Made by a program: the position numbers and the translations under genes. DNA of 63,170 nucleotides, the filler included, from Octopus bimaculoides (Eukaryota), in the NCBI RefSeq assembly GCF_001194135.2. It is 7 parts of 7 records of this genome, joined end to end, with 100 filler letters (N's around TTAATTAATTAA, not from the genome) between each part and the next. Parts side by side here need not be neighbours in the genome. Positions count along the whole stretch, not along the records: positions 11,237 to 26,716 come from NC_068985.1; 6 more parts are not named here. One strand, given 5' to 3'. The notes under the pieces were generated by a model that was given only the letters and a program-made list of their open reading frames with translations, had not been told where the DNA came from and made no database searches. Shown piece by piece: positions 12,611 through 26,565 of the stretch (within the stretch, counting starts at the first letter, position 1; each line of letters begins with the position of its first letter).

Positions 12611-13167
12611 CACATAATTATGTGTGTGTAAGTGCGTGAGTATGTATACACATAAATGGAGAGAAGAGGGGAAGCAAATACACACATATAGTTAAATACT
12701 GACACACACGCACACTTTCTTATGTGAAAATACTGAATCAAGAGGTTGAAATAAATCGTTTTATACTCTTCCTTCTCCTTTTCATATTTCTGTAATCAAC
12801 TATTTATATTTCATCTTCCTTCACACCTTCATTTTCTTTCCCATCAAAAACTGACAAACATCTTTGAAGTCCTCTTTCTTCCGTTCCCATCTCTTTTCAT
12901 TCTGTTACTGCTAACAGTTTATGTAAGCATATTAAAACTGTTTCAATTTCCCCAATGCTAACAACCAACGCTATGAGAATATTCCACAACATTTCCAACC
13001 CCAAAACTGTCAGTTTCAATGCGAACAATGAGTCTCTCCGAAATACTGCACACTCCACTTCGAATTGTGTTTTCCTTGTAGTCTTTCCGTTATGTTATAA
13101 GATGCACAGGGATGCACTTGCATATAACCATACACATACACATATATACATCGATACATGCATATAC

Positions 13168-13198
<31 letters not shown>

Positions 13199-13863
13199 NN
13201 NNNNNNNNNNNNNNNNNNNNNNNNNNNNNNNNNNNNNNNNNNNNNNNNNNNNNNNNNNNNNNNNNNNNNNNNNNNNNNNNNNNNNNNNNNNNNNNNNNNN
13301 NNNNNNNNNNNNNNNNNNNNNNNNNNNNNNNNNNNNNNNNNNNNNNNNNNNNNNNNNNNNNNNNNNNNNNNNNNNNNNNNNNNNNNNNNNNNNNNNNNNN
13401 NNNNNNNNNNNNNNNNNNNNNNNNNNNNNNNNNNNNNNNNNNNNNNNNNNNNNNNNNNNNNNNNNNNNNNNNNNNNNNNNNNNNNNNNNNNNNNNNNNNN
13501 NNNNNNNNNNNNNNNNNNNNNNNNNNNNNNNNNNNNNNNNNNNNNNNNNNNNNNNNNNNNNNNNNNNNNNNNNNNNNNNNNNNNNNNNNNNNNNNNNNNN
13601 NNNNNNNNNNNNNNNNNNNNNNNNNNNNNNNNNNNNNNNNNNNNNNNNNNNNNNNNNNNNNNNNNNNNNNNNNNNNNNNNNNNNNNNNNNNNNNNNNNNN
13701 NNNNNNNNNNNNNNNNNNNNNNNNNNNNNNNNNNNNNNNNNNNNNNNNNNNNNNNNNNNNNNNNNNNNNNNNNNNNNNNNNNNNNNNNNNNNNNNNNNNN
13801 NNNNNNNNNNNNNNNNNNNNNNNNNNNNNNNNNNNNNNNNNNNNNNNNNNNNNNNNNNNNNNN

Positions 13864-13919
<56 letters not shown>

Positions 13920-14289
13920 GGTCTAGAGATTTTCAGTATGGATGACACATAGTAGCGCGCAATTGATTCAAACTGAGACTCGGATGTTTTTACAGAACAT
14001 CATTTCCGCAGGTTAACGAGGGATGAAGATGAGCAAAGATGGAGGTAATTATGTGGATAAACAAATTAAATATAGTTACTCTAACTGATTGGGTTTGAAA
14101 TACAAAATATCTATATATGTGTACGTGCAACACGAGGGAAACCAAAGAATGGAGACATTCAGACGATCAGTATTTGAGTATAAATATGTCGATATTCATA
14201 TTAATAGATCCAGCTTATTCATATTTACAAAAGTATATAAATATTTTTATATAGTACCTAGGATATGGCAATCAGTGTACGACAGAATT

Positions 14290-14495
14290 ATTGGTTTTAA
14301 ATTAGCTTTAAGGCTAACAATTTCGGGGAAGTAGCTATGTTGACATCATTAACCCCAGTTCTCTACAGGTAATTACTTTTAATGGATCCCGAAAGGGATG
14401 AAATGTAAAGTCGACCTCAGAATGTAATGACAGATGAGATGCTGCTAAGCAAACCGCTCAGCAAGATAACAATGTTGGCAGCTTGCCACCCTAAG
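14290..14495 (-). mobile_element. Degenerate family A SINE
   Basis: cccgaaagggatgaaatgtaaagtcgacctcagaatgtaatgacagatgagatgc. Confidence 0.6.
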
Positions 14496-14611
14496 TTCAG
14501 GCAAAATTTATTAGGAAATATACAACGCCTGTATTAGCATTTTGTTTTATGTTGGCTATGAAAATACATTTGGCCGTTATATTTGGTTTGTCGGATATGC
14601 CGAGAATGTAT

Positions 14612-14837
14612 TATAGTAATCCCTTGCCATACCGCGGTTCACGTATCGCGGTTTATTTTTTTAGCTTACGTCGATACCTCCGTGGTGTAGTTTTGCAATT
14701 ATAATAGAATAAATATACATAAATTAAAAAAAAATAATTAGAAAAAATTACGGTACATTACTGTTTCTACTTCCCGCATTTTCACCTATCGAAGCGGATT
14801 TGGAATTAACACCCGCGATAGTCAAGGGATTACTGTA
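14612..14837. mobile_element. pogo/Tigger-type MITE (Tc1-mariner superfamily)
   Basis: TIRs TA|TAGTAATCCCTTGCCATACCGCGG and CCCGCGATAGTCAAGGGATTACTG|TA with TA TSD, about 222 bp. Confidence 0.75.
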
Positions 14838-16002
14838 TTACGAATCAAATGATGTAAATTTATGTTTACAATATATATTCAAAATGAGGGAATATCATGC
14901 TTAAGATATTACAATGCGTTCTGAATCATATCCTATTTATTTCAGTTACGTGATAATTATCATTGAAGGACCTCATTCCCCCATGCACAACCTCCGGTCT
15001 CGTATCACTACAATAAATGTCACCCCATTATTTTAAGCTGAATGTTTGCTTCCTTTGAATCGAAAGTTTTTTGATGTAACTGGTTTTAGTGAGGTAGAAT
15101 GATCTATAATTGTCTCGTCATTTTGTATTAGATATTTCCATAGTCTTAAGATATACATGTGCTAATGAATATCTAGTTGCACATAGTACACTATATCTTC
15201 GTATATATGTAATCAGTTTTCTATTCCAGTGATCTACGCTAAATATCGTGATTACTTTAAATTTTTCTGTCTTATGTCTGGTCTTGCTAATTCACTTAGC
15301 TTCCAGTTGCAAATCGTATACCTACGACTTATTTCTTGAACAGTTAGATAATCAATGTCAATTACCTTCGCTTGCATTTTAAAATTAATCTCTCCACTGT
15401 CTGTATTATTCTCTAGATTTTTATCTTTCTCTTGTGTGTGCGTTCAACTCAATTCTTAATTATTTCTGCGACTGCTTTCCATACGATTCGCTTATCTCTA
15501 TTTCTTAAACAATATATTGATATTGTTTATATATTATCCGCTATCGTTACACTGATGCGTTTTTCTAACTCTATTTAAATATCAGTTGAAGTTCTGAAGT
15601 CACAATCTGCATCATTCTCTTAAGTTTTCTTGTTATTTTATTATTAGTGAAGTGTTTTCGCGAATTCATCCAAATGCAATAGATGGCTCAGTATGTATTT
15701 ATAACACGTATAAACGCGTTTATCCAAGCAGTTAAATTGTTAAGGCCAGAAAGTAAAAGACTGAAGCAAAGGAATTCTTTAGGAACGATAATGTGTGATC
15801 TTCTTCCATAATTCCTGTTTAGCTATATTTGTATATATAGCATTGTTACCCAATAGTTTAATAATTTGTTCTGTGACTCAATCACGTGTGTATATATCCG
15901 TGCCATGTCACCTTCGAAAGCTTTGGTTATATTTTAAAATTAAAGTGGCATGAAATCTTGAGTTTTTCTTATATTGAATAATATCATTTTTTTCATTCGC
16001 CA

Positions 16003-16210
16003 AAGGTGGTGTGATGGCGGAATCATGACGATGGGAAAAATGTTTAACAGCATTTCATCTGTCTTGTTCTGCGTTCAAATTATGACGAGGTCAACTTAGC
16101 CTTTCATCCTTTCGGGGTGGATAAACGAGTACCAGTTGAGTGCTGGTGTCATTGTAATCGACTTAGCTCCTTCCATGTAATTGACGGCATTCTTTTGAAA
16201 TTTTAAATCA
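16003..16210 (+). mobile_element. Family A SINE
   Basis: gttcaaattatgacgaggtcaacttagcctttcatcctttcggggtggataaacgagtaccag. Confidence 0.75.
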
Positions 16211-16959
16211 TTATTTTTCATACACCACTGTTGCCTTATCGTTAATATCTTTTACAAATTATAAGTAATTTTCATATTTATTCTCGTTTACTATGGATAT
16301 GTCGCGTTGAGTATCGTGTTGGCAGAATTTTCTTTGCAATTTCCAGTCAAATACATTTAGCGAACAGTTATATTTTGATTTTTCTCTTTTTTTTTTTCCT
16401 TCAAAACTTCATTCTCTTATTCCCTGATGCAAATAATCTTCTCCAGTGTATTCTGCTTCTAGCTTCCAACATATTCATTTATATAGTGATATCGCTTCTT
16501 ATGTACCTATTGCTTAGTCTGTATTATCATTTATCACTGTCTAGACACATACACAATCACACACACAAGCACACATACACATAGTAAGATTATATATACA
16601 GAACTGTTATTTAATTAATCCTTATCTTATAAACTGACGTCAAGTCATGAGCTTCGTTGTATTCACAACTGTTCGGTATTGCATTTATTAGTCTATTTTA
16701 GGTATTTTATGCCTCATATTTCAGCCAAAAATTTTGTAACGTCACAATGATGAGAGGGGGTAAAAATCTGAAAAGACAATGTCTCAGGACTCATCAAATT
16801 ACTGCTGCAAATATTCTGAGAGTTTGCACGAGAAACTCACACTGACCCGCAGTATGGATTTTATAATTGTGGGAGATAGTCTGTTATTTGTTTAGTCACT
16901 TTACTTTTCGCCGCAATTAAAACTTTTAAATGATTTTTTTGCAAATTTTCAAAACAGCG

Positions 16960-17860
16960 AATTAACTAGTGCAGTATGACGTTCACATACTTGAAGTGTT
17001 TATAGATAGCGTGTCTTTCTTCTTTCGTCTGTTAGAAGAGACATTAAATATTATTTCCCAAAACCTTACATCTCAGAAAGCTGAGATTGATGACGTTTAC
17101 GTGAAGTTTCCCATTAAATTATTCCAAGTCGATGACTATGTCAACGGTACTTTCAAAGACAAGTTTTCAGAAATGAGACACTGGACCAACATTGATAATG
17201 TGAAAAATCACTCGTCTGGAACGATTTTGAGTTGAGGCAGTACATAGCTAGAGAGAATTGGGGATCATAATTTACTGATGGATGTCATGAGAATGTAGGA
17301 CGAAGAGTTATAAATTCATTGAGAGAATTGATCCCAGTCATGCTAGTGGATTTTTTTTCTCTGGATTAGATTATTAGCTTAGCAGAGAATCACCGTCGTC
17401 AATTTGGGATTCGAATCTATTCCGTGCCTCACCACATCTTCGAAATAAGCAAATACGTTTGAAATGAGTTTGAAGAGTCTGCACTGTTTGAACATCAGCT
17501 TTCGTTTTAGAGAAGCTGTAGGTAAGAATGTCTGTTCGTATGAGATATTTTATATGGTTGTATTCCTTGATAATTATAGCATTGCAAGAACTCTCGTTGC
17601 ATTGAAAACAAGCTTAAAGGAGATAGGTCATGATGCCTTTTGATATAATCCTTTTCGCACCTGTATTATTTTTTTCAATCTGAGTGTGATTAGAATGGTA
17701 TTAACCTAGGTAGATTTGAGGTCTCTTTCCACGGAATCAGTGGAGTTTGTTTGCTCTCAAGCGTACATAACAATGAGTTGTGTTAATGAAGTCTTAAAGA
17801 GTGTCAAGCGTGATATCGCCTGAGAAAGTGATGGATATATTGATAGGTTGTTTATTGGTG
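16960..17860 (-). mobile_element. Highly degenerate non-LTR RT fragment, possibly R2/Hero/NeSL-like (RLE clade)
   Basis: IQVRKGLYQ..PISFKLVFNA (RT domain 4, GxxQGDxxSPxxFxLxFN) and downstream HP..KL..ILSSYVLPQL, with many stops and frameshifts. The clade call is tentative. Confidence 0.45.
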
Positions 17861-18177
17861 TCTGATGGTGGAATCCAGAAAACTAAAACATAGTCCCAAA
17901 GACAAAAGTTTTGAAAGAATTTGCGCACTGTACGTTTACTGTACGACAGTAAGTACTAACTTTGGACAAGCAATGTGACATGTTTTGATTTCAGATACTG
18001 AGTAATCTGCTTGCAAGAAGACTAGCAAAGAGGCTGAATAGATGCACGTTATACCCTCTGTCATCACACACAACTATATCTTAAAGTGGGAAAAGGAGAA
18101 AGTAATTCAAAATTTACAGAAATGCTTTTATTTACATTATTTACATTTGACGTATATTTGTCATCTTGTTTGTTGTT

Positions 18178-18217
18178 AACACAACGTTTCGGCAGGTGTC
18201 TTGCTTCATCAGGTGTC
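18178..18217 (-). ncRNA. Minimal type I hammerhead ribozyme motif (Penelope type) with intact core
   Basis: GACAC-CTGATGA-AGCAAGACACCTGCC-GAA-ACGT-T-GTGTT: 5-bp stem I, full CUGAUGA/GAAA core, GCA/UGC stem II, palindromic ACGU stem III, GUU site. Confidence 0.6.
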
Positions 18218-19460
18218 TTGCGGACATTTCGAACTTGGGTTCTCATTCTTTTTGCATCTCGGGATCCCTCAGATGTATGTAAAGGAAAAACGATTGATAG
18301 AAAGATGCCTCTTTTATGGTGTTTGAAAAGAGATTTGCAACTTCTGCCATCTCACTCTTGCTTTGTAATATTTTCCTCTGCATCAAATGCTGCAACACAG
18401 CTAAAATGAAATAACATGTAGAAAGTGTTTAAGCTTCCGTTCAGTGTGAGATAAGAGAAACAAGATTCAGGAGATGATAAACGTCACTTAATTTTCAGGG
18501 GAATAGAGGGTAGAAAATAAGCGTTACTGCGGACAGTGCTCCGTGCTGTCACTTACCTTTAAACATAATTATCACAATTTATTTGTCACTTGCTATATAC
18601 TCTTGATTTCTTTTTTATTTCCTGTTCAAGATGTTATTTTCTCATATTCTTCGCCTACTTTGATCTACTTCATCTTGTAGAGATATAAATGCATTTTCAG
18701 AAATTTTGTGTCACATGACGTTAATAACTTGGTGAAACAGTTGAATGTTAGTGGGTGCGAAATATACGAATGCCTAGAGACATTACAGCAAGCGATTTAC
18801 TCTGGAAGGTGATTGAAAATAAAATTTCAGGGAGGAGATAAGATTATAGAGTACTGATATGTAGAACTTAATATTATATGTTGGATCGGCATCTTCTGAT
18901 CTTAGAAAGCACAACGAAAAATACACGGTGGATTATTCACTTCACGGTATTGCAATACGGTACAGAGGAAAGAGATTCAAGAATTCACAGAAAATTGTCC
19001 CTCAAGAATGAATTCTGCAAACACAACCGAGATGAAATGGTTCTTTTTTTCAGTAAGATGGCTGAATATGCGTAATCCAGGTAGATGCAAGGGTGTCATT
19101 AAAGCCGTTAATTTTAGGCGCACACAAGGACAACGGTGACATTAAATCCTATCCAAACAAGGCATGTATCATTTCGTTGTTTTAAAGTAATCGGAAACTT
19201 ATGATATATATANNNNNNNNNNNNNNNNNNNNATATATATATATATATACATTCATGCGAACAACTGATCCTTGACAGGGCAGTAGAGTGGATACAGTGT
19301 GAATGGGAGAGGAGGGAGAGGACCGTTGAATCGCTGAACCTGAGGAAGAAAGCAACGATGAAAGTTGAAGAGGTAGTGGCAGTGTTTGACAACAAAGGCT
19401 AAAGTATAAACAAATTTAGCAGATTTAAGAAAAGACACAATATTTTCTTTTAAAAATATC

Positions 19461-19533
19461 ATGATCATGATCACCATAATCATCGTAATCATCATCATCA
19501 TCATATCCATCATCATATTCATCATCGTCGTCG

Positions 19534-19564
<31 letters not shown>

Positions 19565-19575
19565 TATCATCATCT
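19461..19575. repeat. (ATC)/(GTC) compound microsatellite
   Basis: Directly visible. Confidence 0.95.
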
Positions 19576-20604
19576 GTTTAGCTATTAGCTCTCTTTTCTC
19601 TCTATCCATTTTGAATGGCAGTATTGCCTTGTTTACTTCGTATTATTCCATGAAAATACTTTAGAAATTTCTTTGCGTTTTCAGGGTTTCATTATTGTAT
19701 TTGTAATCTTTTCTGATTTGTTTTCGTTTCTGCTCAATGTTTACGTGTTTAATGTGTGGTGTCTTTCATTCTATTGCGTACATTGGTTGCTTGTTGTAGA
19801 TTAACTCGTATGTGTAGACGTTTGTTTTCTTTCAATTTTACTGCACAATCTGGTTACGATTTTCTTCCAACTAATTTTCTTTTTATCGTTTATTATAAAT
19901 CTCCGTATATATGCAATTATATTCGCATTTATATTTCTTCACATTTATTGATTTTTAAGGCAACAGTCATACAAGTATTTGATAGTGATCGTGTGTTTTA
20001 GCTATGCTAGAGTTATTTTTATATATATATGGTTGTGGAACTATGATGGAGTGTTCATTAATTCAACCTGCACTTGTAATTTTCTCTTTAATGTGGAAGC
20101 ACGCAATACAATCTGTAGCTTTGCGTTTGGAGATTATATTTTAGCATTTCGCCGCATTTCAATCATGATTTAAGTTACGCTCGAACTAAAGCTACTTTAA
20201 TTCCACATTGCATTTGTTTCTTTATCGCTATAGATGACTGTGCTTCAATTTATGTTTGCACTTATTAATTTATGCAGAGGTATTTTGAAGAAAATAATTT
20301 TGCCTTAAATCTAATTTCATTTTATTATAGTTTTGTGAGTAAGCCATATGTTACGTAATATTCCTACTGCAAAGAAACTTACTCAAATACAGGCCACATA
20401 ATTTTAAATACAATACCATACGCATGACTCAACATAATTATCAGCTTTATGTACAACGATCTTTCATACAATATTGTCTTCATTTAATAATATTCTTTCA
20501 GAGTTGTTAATATTGGCGATCTTTCAGATTTTAAGAAAATGCATATTCTCTCATCGAAATTATTGCCAGTACTCTTCCTACTCCTCGTAATTATACACCT
20601 CCCC

Positions 20605-20794
20605 CTTCTTCTTCTTCTTTTTCTTCTTCTTCTTCTTCTTCTTCTTCTTCTTCTTCTTCTTCTTCTTCTTCTTCTTCTTCTTCTTTTTCTTCTTCTTCTT
20701 CTTCTTCTTCTTCTTCTTCTTCTTCTTTTTCTTCTTCTTCTTCTTCTTCTTCTTCTTCTTCTTCTTCTTCTCCTTCGTCTTCTTCTTCTTCTAT

Positions 20795-20833
<39 letters not shown>

Positions 20834-20846
20834 CACTACTACCACC

Positions 20847-20915
<69 letters not shown>

Positions 20916-21123
20916 TTTTCTTCCTTGTCGTCGTCTTCATTGTTGATTTTTACTTTTAATCAGTATATTTGTTACAGTCACTTGCCGAGACACAACCAGT
21001 GTCCTGGTGCGATTGAAAGTTAAGAGATGTTGCAGTAAGACTGAAATCTGGAGGGTGAGTAACGAAATAATTTCTACTTCTTCTTCTTCTTCTTTTCTTC
21101 TTCTTCTTCTTCTTCTTCTTCTT

Positions 21124-21182
<59 letters not shown>

Positions 21183-21190
21183 CATCATCT
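20605..21190. repeat. Compound trinucleotide tracts (TTC)n-(TAC)n-(CAC)n and (TTC)n-(TTA)n
   Basis: Directly visible. Source of the poly-L/E/R/K pseudo-ORFs. Confidence 0.98.
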
Positions 21191-22393
21191 TTCAATTGCG
21201 TTTCAATTTCCATTGCCAAGTGCCTTTTATTAGGATTTAACTTTTGAACGGAACACAGAATTTTTTTGAATATTGTTATGAAACACTAAAACAAACACTT
21301 TAGACTTTATTGTTCTATTGACAAAGATTACGATTTCCAAAGAATATGGAAGCTTAAACCTTGACATCATAGTTTAGATTGTGATTGGAATATATAGTTT
21401 CCAAATTACACAGCTTCCCAATTAATACCAGTTCTTTCTGTTTTGAAATTGATTTCTGTCTTTCTTCAATTGAACCATTCCATAGAACATCGTTGAAGAG
21501 ACGAAAAATAAAGGATTAAAATATTTTCTGTTATTTGTTTATTTTGGGTTTTGTTATTATCCGTTTTGTTACATCGTTTCGTATTGAATTTTACAAACAC
21601 ATATTAACATTACCTTGATGACCTGCTTTCATTCTATTCCTACTCAGAAGGTCCTTATCTTCGTTATATACGATTGTTATTCCTTGAGTATATAAGGTAT
21701 GAGCTTGTGTATTGGCATGTCATATACAAATCCTCGTTGTTTAGTTTCTTTTAAAGAATTCGGCCACTGATATGATGGAACTCTTTCTTTTAAATGCATT
21801 TTTCATCCTTGCACTAAACGTACGTATCACCATAATGTTTAAGCAGTTTCATGTTAGTAAACATGTTGTCAAATATTTATTCTTTGTCATTGGTGTCTCA
21901 GAATTGTTCAATGTATAAACAATTTTATTTCTACACCGATAAATACACATCCGTTTGTTGATATTTCAACAAGTTGCAGTGAATTTACACTTCCGTTAAG
22001 TAATTTAAAGAAGAAAAAAAACATGACTGGAGTAGATTCAAATAGCTGCAGGAATAAAAGAAAATATCGGAATAACACTCAATCATTTCTTTTTTTTATT
22101 TTCTACTATCAACACACTTTCTAAACGATTTCTTCGTTACCACTTCCGAAAGTAACCTCAATGGTACACATCCGCCGAAGATCAAGTTTACTGAAATATG
22201 TCCGTTGATACAGCCAGTATTTACGTCAGGTAGTAAAAAGAAAATTCAATGGTATATGTTATTTTAGAGCGTTAATACATTTTTATATTTAAATTATTTT
22301 TATAGTCTGTACGTTAGATACCTTGATATATATTTCATAAATGTACATAGACACACATATACTCACTAACAATCTGTCTCTCTACATCTATAC

Positions 22394-22444
<51 letters not shown>

Positions 22445-22574
22445 ATTTGTAGTGTGATATATATCATATAGTATCGATATTCCCTGTGTTTCCCACGCTA
22501 ACATATTGGATAGCAAAATAATAACCCTTCTTTTAATAAATACTACAAATTTCCATGTTACTTTTCGTTATTGA

Positions 22575-22760
22575 TATTCGATTCAAATTTTGAAACAAAG
22601 CCACCAATTTTAGGGGAGGGTTGAAGCCGGTTACATCAACTGAAGTACTCGACTATTACTTATGTTATCGGCCTCTAAAACCTGAAATCAAAATCGGCCT
22701 TGGCGCACAATTCAAACTTAGATCGTAAAGACGGACGAAATTCCCGCGAAGCGGTACTTT
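22575..22760 (-). mobile_element. Degenerate family A SINE
   Basis: ttttgaaacaaagccaccaattttaggggaggg..aaatcggccttggcgc..ttcaaacttagatcgtaaagacggacgaaat. Confidence 0.55.
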
Positions 22761-23171
22761 ATTCTATTAAAACTGATAATTTAAAATTGCCTCTTCAATA
22801 TATCAACGAGTTAGTGTACATATGTCGTGGAAATCGGTCTGCTGATATGTACTTTATGTAGCACGATAATTTGGCAGTTAATAATTTTAGCAATAGTGTG
22901 TCCATTCAAAATTTCCATGCACTGAATAGAACAATATTGCATATTTTTTTTTAGTGTAGATTAGTCTGTAGAATGAAATTTATTCTATATTCTGAATAGT
23001 AGTTTTTAATATAATACACATATCTAATACTTGAATATATTCTGATATATATTTAAAGATTTGTTTCTTGCTCATTTTATTATTGGAAGTTTGCAGCCGT
23101 TTTTCAATTATTGCTTGTTCTACGCTTTGGTATGAAACGAGTCAAAATGTTAATTAATTTTTCTAGAGGTG

Positions 23172-23610
23172 CAGGTGGCGAGCTGGCAGAAACATTAGCA
23201 CGCCGTCGAAATGCTTAGCGATTTTTCGTCTGTCTTTTAGGTTCTGGGTTCAAATTCCGCCGAGATCGACTTTGCCTTTCATCCTTTCAGGGTTGATAAA
23301 TTAAGTACCAGTTGCGTATCGGGGTCGATCTAATCGATTGTCCTCCTCCAAATAAATTTCTGGCGTTGTACATAGAGTAGAAAAGAATATTAGGTAAACT
23401 GTTTGCAGAAACGTTAGCATTCCGGACAAAATGCTTGCCGGCATTTTGTTCATTTTTACGTTCTAAGTTTATATTCCGCCGAGGTTGATTTTGCCTTGCA
23501 TCCTTTCGGTGACGATAAATTAAGTACCAGTTGCGCACTGAGGTCGATCTAATCGACTGGCCCCGGCCCCTCAAATTTCGTGCCTTGTGTCTAGAGTAGA
23601 AAATAATTTT
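23172..23610 (+). mobile_element. Two tandem family A SINEs
   Basis: Both carry gcagaaac(a/g)ttagca..tttgcctt..catcctttc..gataaattaagtaccagttgcg..gtcgatctaatcga..agagtagaaaa. Confidence 0.88.
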
Positions 23611-24685
23611 ACTAGAAGAGCAATCTTACCATATTTGACTTACATTATTTAAATGCATGAGGCAAAAGCTAACTATTGGAACTATGTTGTTAAAAATAGC
23701 GTTTCAAAATATCGGTTTTATTTTGAGGATTTTGGTTTGTCGATCGAGCTCGGATTTCGTCTGTCTTTTACGTTGTGTGATTTATTTCCAACAAGGTTCC
23801 TTTCGGGGTCGATATAAAATGTACTTGGATCGAAAAATAAATACTAACCAAGTACTGAGGTTATGATATTGACAAGTCCTCTCTTCGACAATTTCAGATC
23901 TGGCCCCTGTAATTAGGAAAGCTACTATTCTAGTTGTAGGTGTTGATGGTGGTGTTCGTGTTCTTCATGTTGTAGATTTTGTTTGTGTTGTCGTTGTTGT
24001 TGTGGTTGTTATTGATGTTGTTGTTTTTGTCCTTATAGTTGTTGTTGTACTTCTTTTTCTTCTTCTTAAAAAGAATATTATTGAAATCATTATTATTAAT
24101 TTTTCCCTGAAGTCTATAATATTAAAATAATTCTCCACCCGATTTCCCCTCTATAGACGAAGCAATTGCGTAGTTGATAGAACGAGCTGTCAAATATCTG
24201 TTAAGGCACTTCCTACCATCATAAATGGCAACAGACACGTTTAATAATACTGTCCTAGTTACGCCTCACAAGGCGGGATAGTGATTTGTTTTCTTTTTTT
24301 TATGAATGGCATGTATTATAAGACGATCGAACAACATTTAGCCGGGGGTACCAAAAAAAAATTGATTAATCGATTTACCAATCCTGATAGACGTTCCATA
24401 GCTGAGAGAAATAAATGAAATATAGAGAGTGTCTGTGATATTCAGATGAGGGTAGAAACTATGTACAATAGCAGGAGAAATCGTTCATGATAACAGCAGT
24501 CTAATTGCACGTATATCTACATTGTACGTTATTTAACAAATAAAATCTTGTTAAATTACTCAAGTATATATAGAATACCCATTATGCGTGTATGTTTGTG
24601 AGCGTGTAGCTGTGTGGCTGAGTGTGTGTGTGTGTGTTTTTCCGTTCGTTAGTATGTGTGTGTATCTTGAGCAAGCTATATATCA

Positions 24686-24815
24686 TGGCACTCCGTCGGT
24701 TACGGCGACGAGGGCTCCAGTTGATCCGATAAATGAAATAGCCTGCTTGTGAAATTAACTTTCAGTTTCATGAGCACTCTGCACACACGTTTACCCTTAA
24801 CGTTGTTCTCGGCGA
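24686..24815 (-). mobile_element. Family C SINE 3' fragment
   Basis: tggcactccgtcggttacggcgacgagggctccagttgatcc..acccttaacgt is the reverse complement of the 5880-5990 tail. Confidence 0.75.
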
Positions 24816-25639
24816 GACGTGGAAGGTAATCAGGGATTTTTTTCCGGTTTAAGGGAGAGGATCAGAAATGTTGGGAATAAGTAGGTTTAATTAATTTAAT
24901 ATGATTTGGTTTAGAAGGAATAGAATGTTACAAGTGGTTAGGTTTTACTTTATATTTTTTTCAATGAGATGTGATATACTGAGAAATGCGTAAAGCAAAT
25001 GCTACCACTATTTGTAATCTTTCCATTCTATCAATGTGGCATTGGAACACCAACACAAGTTAGATTAAATACGATTAAATAATAATTGAATAAGATTAAA
25101 TAAACCCTCTTCATTGAAACATATAAGCCAAAACGTAACCATTTCTAACATTTTAAAATAAGGAAACTCACCTCATTGAAGAAAATATAAAGCAGAACCT
25201 AACCACTCACAACATTCTAGTCCTTCTTTACCAAATCATGTTAAATTAATGAAACCTACTGAACAACAACGTGGCCAACAAAAGCGATGTTGAAAGTAAC
25301 GGAGTTAACCACTTACGTAACGAGTTTACTTAGTGGAATACGGATTATAAACATGGTCTAGGCATTGGTTTGCTGAATTTTAACCAAACATAAAATAATG
25401 TACCTTATTACTGGCGTTTGAAGATCTTCAGGACACGCTAGGACGATTGTGAAGATTATCAAATTTTCAAAACGATGATGACTGAAAAGGAATTTCTCTT
25501 AAAATGAAGTGAATCATGAAAAAATCCGAAAATATGGAAAATCATATTTGAAAAGCTCGCTCTATCCAATCGTTGTGTGTGTTTCTTTTAAATCTGCACA
25601 TGAACATATTGAGACTATACACACCTGCCATTGCACTCT

Positions 25640-26170
25640 GGAAATCCAAGGTGAGAATTAAACAATATCTACTTATGGATAACATCAGGCTATGCACTAA
25701 ATATAGACAAGAACTCGAGTCTTTTGAATAAATGATGAGGTAATTTAACAAGGATCTTCCTGTGCAGTTGCTGTTGAGACAATTGTATAATTTCTCTTTC
25801 TGAATAGAAGCTGAATAGTTAAAACTGATATAATTTCACATACAAGATGATTAGATTATTGTGAGTTGAAGTTGCATAAATATACCTGGTGTACTGTAAG
25901 ATGATAAGATAATAGAAAATAAATTAGAAGGAAATTCTCGAAAGACTTTAAAAAAGAAAGAAGTGTTTTGAAACAAATCTACGTGAATTTAAGAATATGA
26001 AGACAGTCAATACATTGTCAGGCCATTTTTGAAATATTATGCTACTATACTAAAGTTGATAAAGAAAAAAAACGACCTAAAAGAGCAGAAATCGTAAAGC
26101 AAATAATCAGGAATATAATAGCACAAACAATATGAAAGATCACTATATGCATAACTTGTGTGCTAAAAAT
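25640..26170 (+). mobile_element. Degenerate R4/Dong-like LINE RT fragment
   Basis: VRIKQYLLMDNIRLCTKYRQELES resembles KINHLxYMDDIKL..KNEKELE. It is followed by YKYLGVL..D.I and KTVNTL..PFLKYY..ILK-like segments. Confidence 0.55.
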
Positions 26171-26519
26171 AGACGTCTATTTTTATCATACAAGGGATCC
26201 ATATAGTGATTGCTCACATTGTCTATGTTTAAATAAAATTTACGGTCGTTTTACGTAAGCTGACCACTGGTTGAAATTGATATTATATAATAATATTATT
26301 TAATAATATCAATTTCTACTCTTATTATGTAATATCAAAATCTTCTTCATAGATATACGGGGACTACACAGATATGTTACAAACTGTCAGTGCAATCAGT
26401 ATTACGCTACTGAAACTGACAGTTTATAATATAATTCTTTATCTAATAGATAAAGAATTATGTACATTATTTATATTATTTACCTTTGGCTGATATTTGT
26501 CCTCATTTTGTTTGTTGTT

Positions 26520-26565
26520 AACCCAACGTTTCGGTTGATATACCCACCAGGCTTCATCGGGTGCC
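26520..26565 (-). ncRNA. Degenerate hammerhead motif in a sister copy of the 18.2-kb repeat
   Basis: GGCAC-CCGATGA-AGCCTGGTGGGTATATCAACC-GAA-ACGT-T-GGGTT (U4 to C). The flanks (gttaacaacaaac, ttcgaaa, gaatgagaac) match the 18.1-18.25 kb copy. Confidence 0.45.

Noticed and set aside
13996-14044. 49-nt AG/GT-flanked segment (HHFRRLTRDEDEQRW)
   Set aside because: Such short flanked segments are expected by chance, and no partner exons or homology were found.
20539-21240. Poly-Leu/Glu/Arg/Lys ORFs
   Set aside because: Translations of (TTC)n/(TAC)n/(TTA)n microsatellites.
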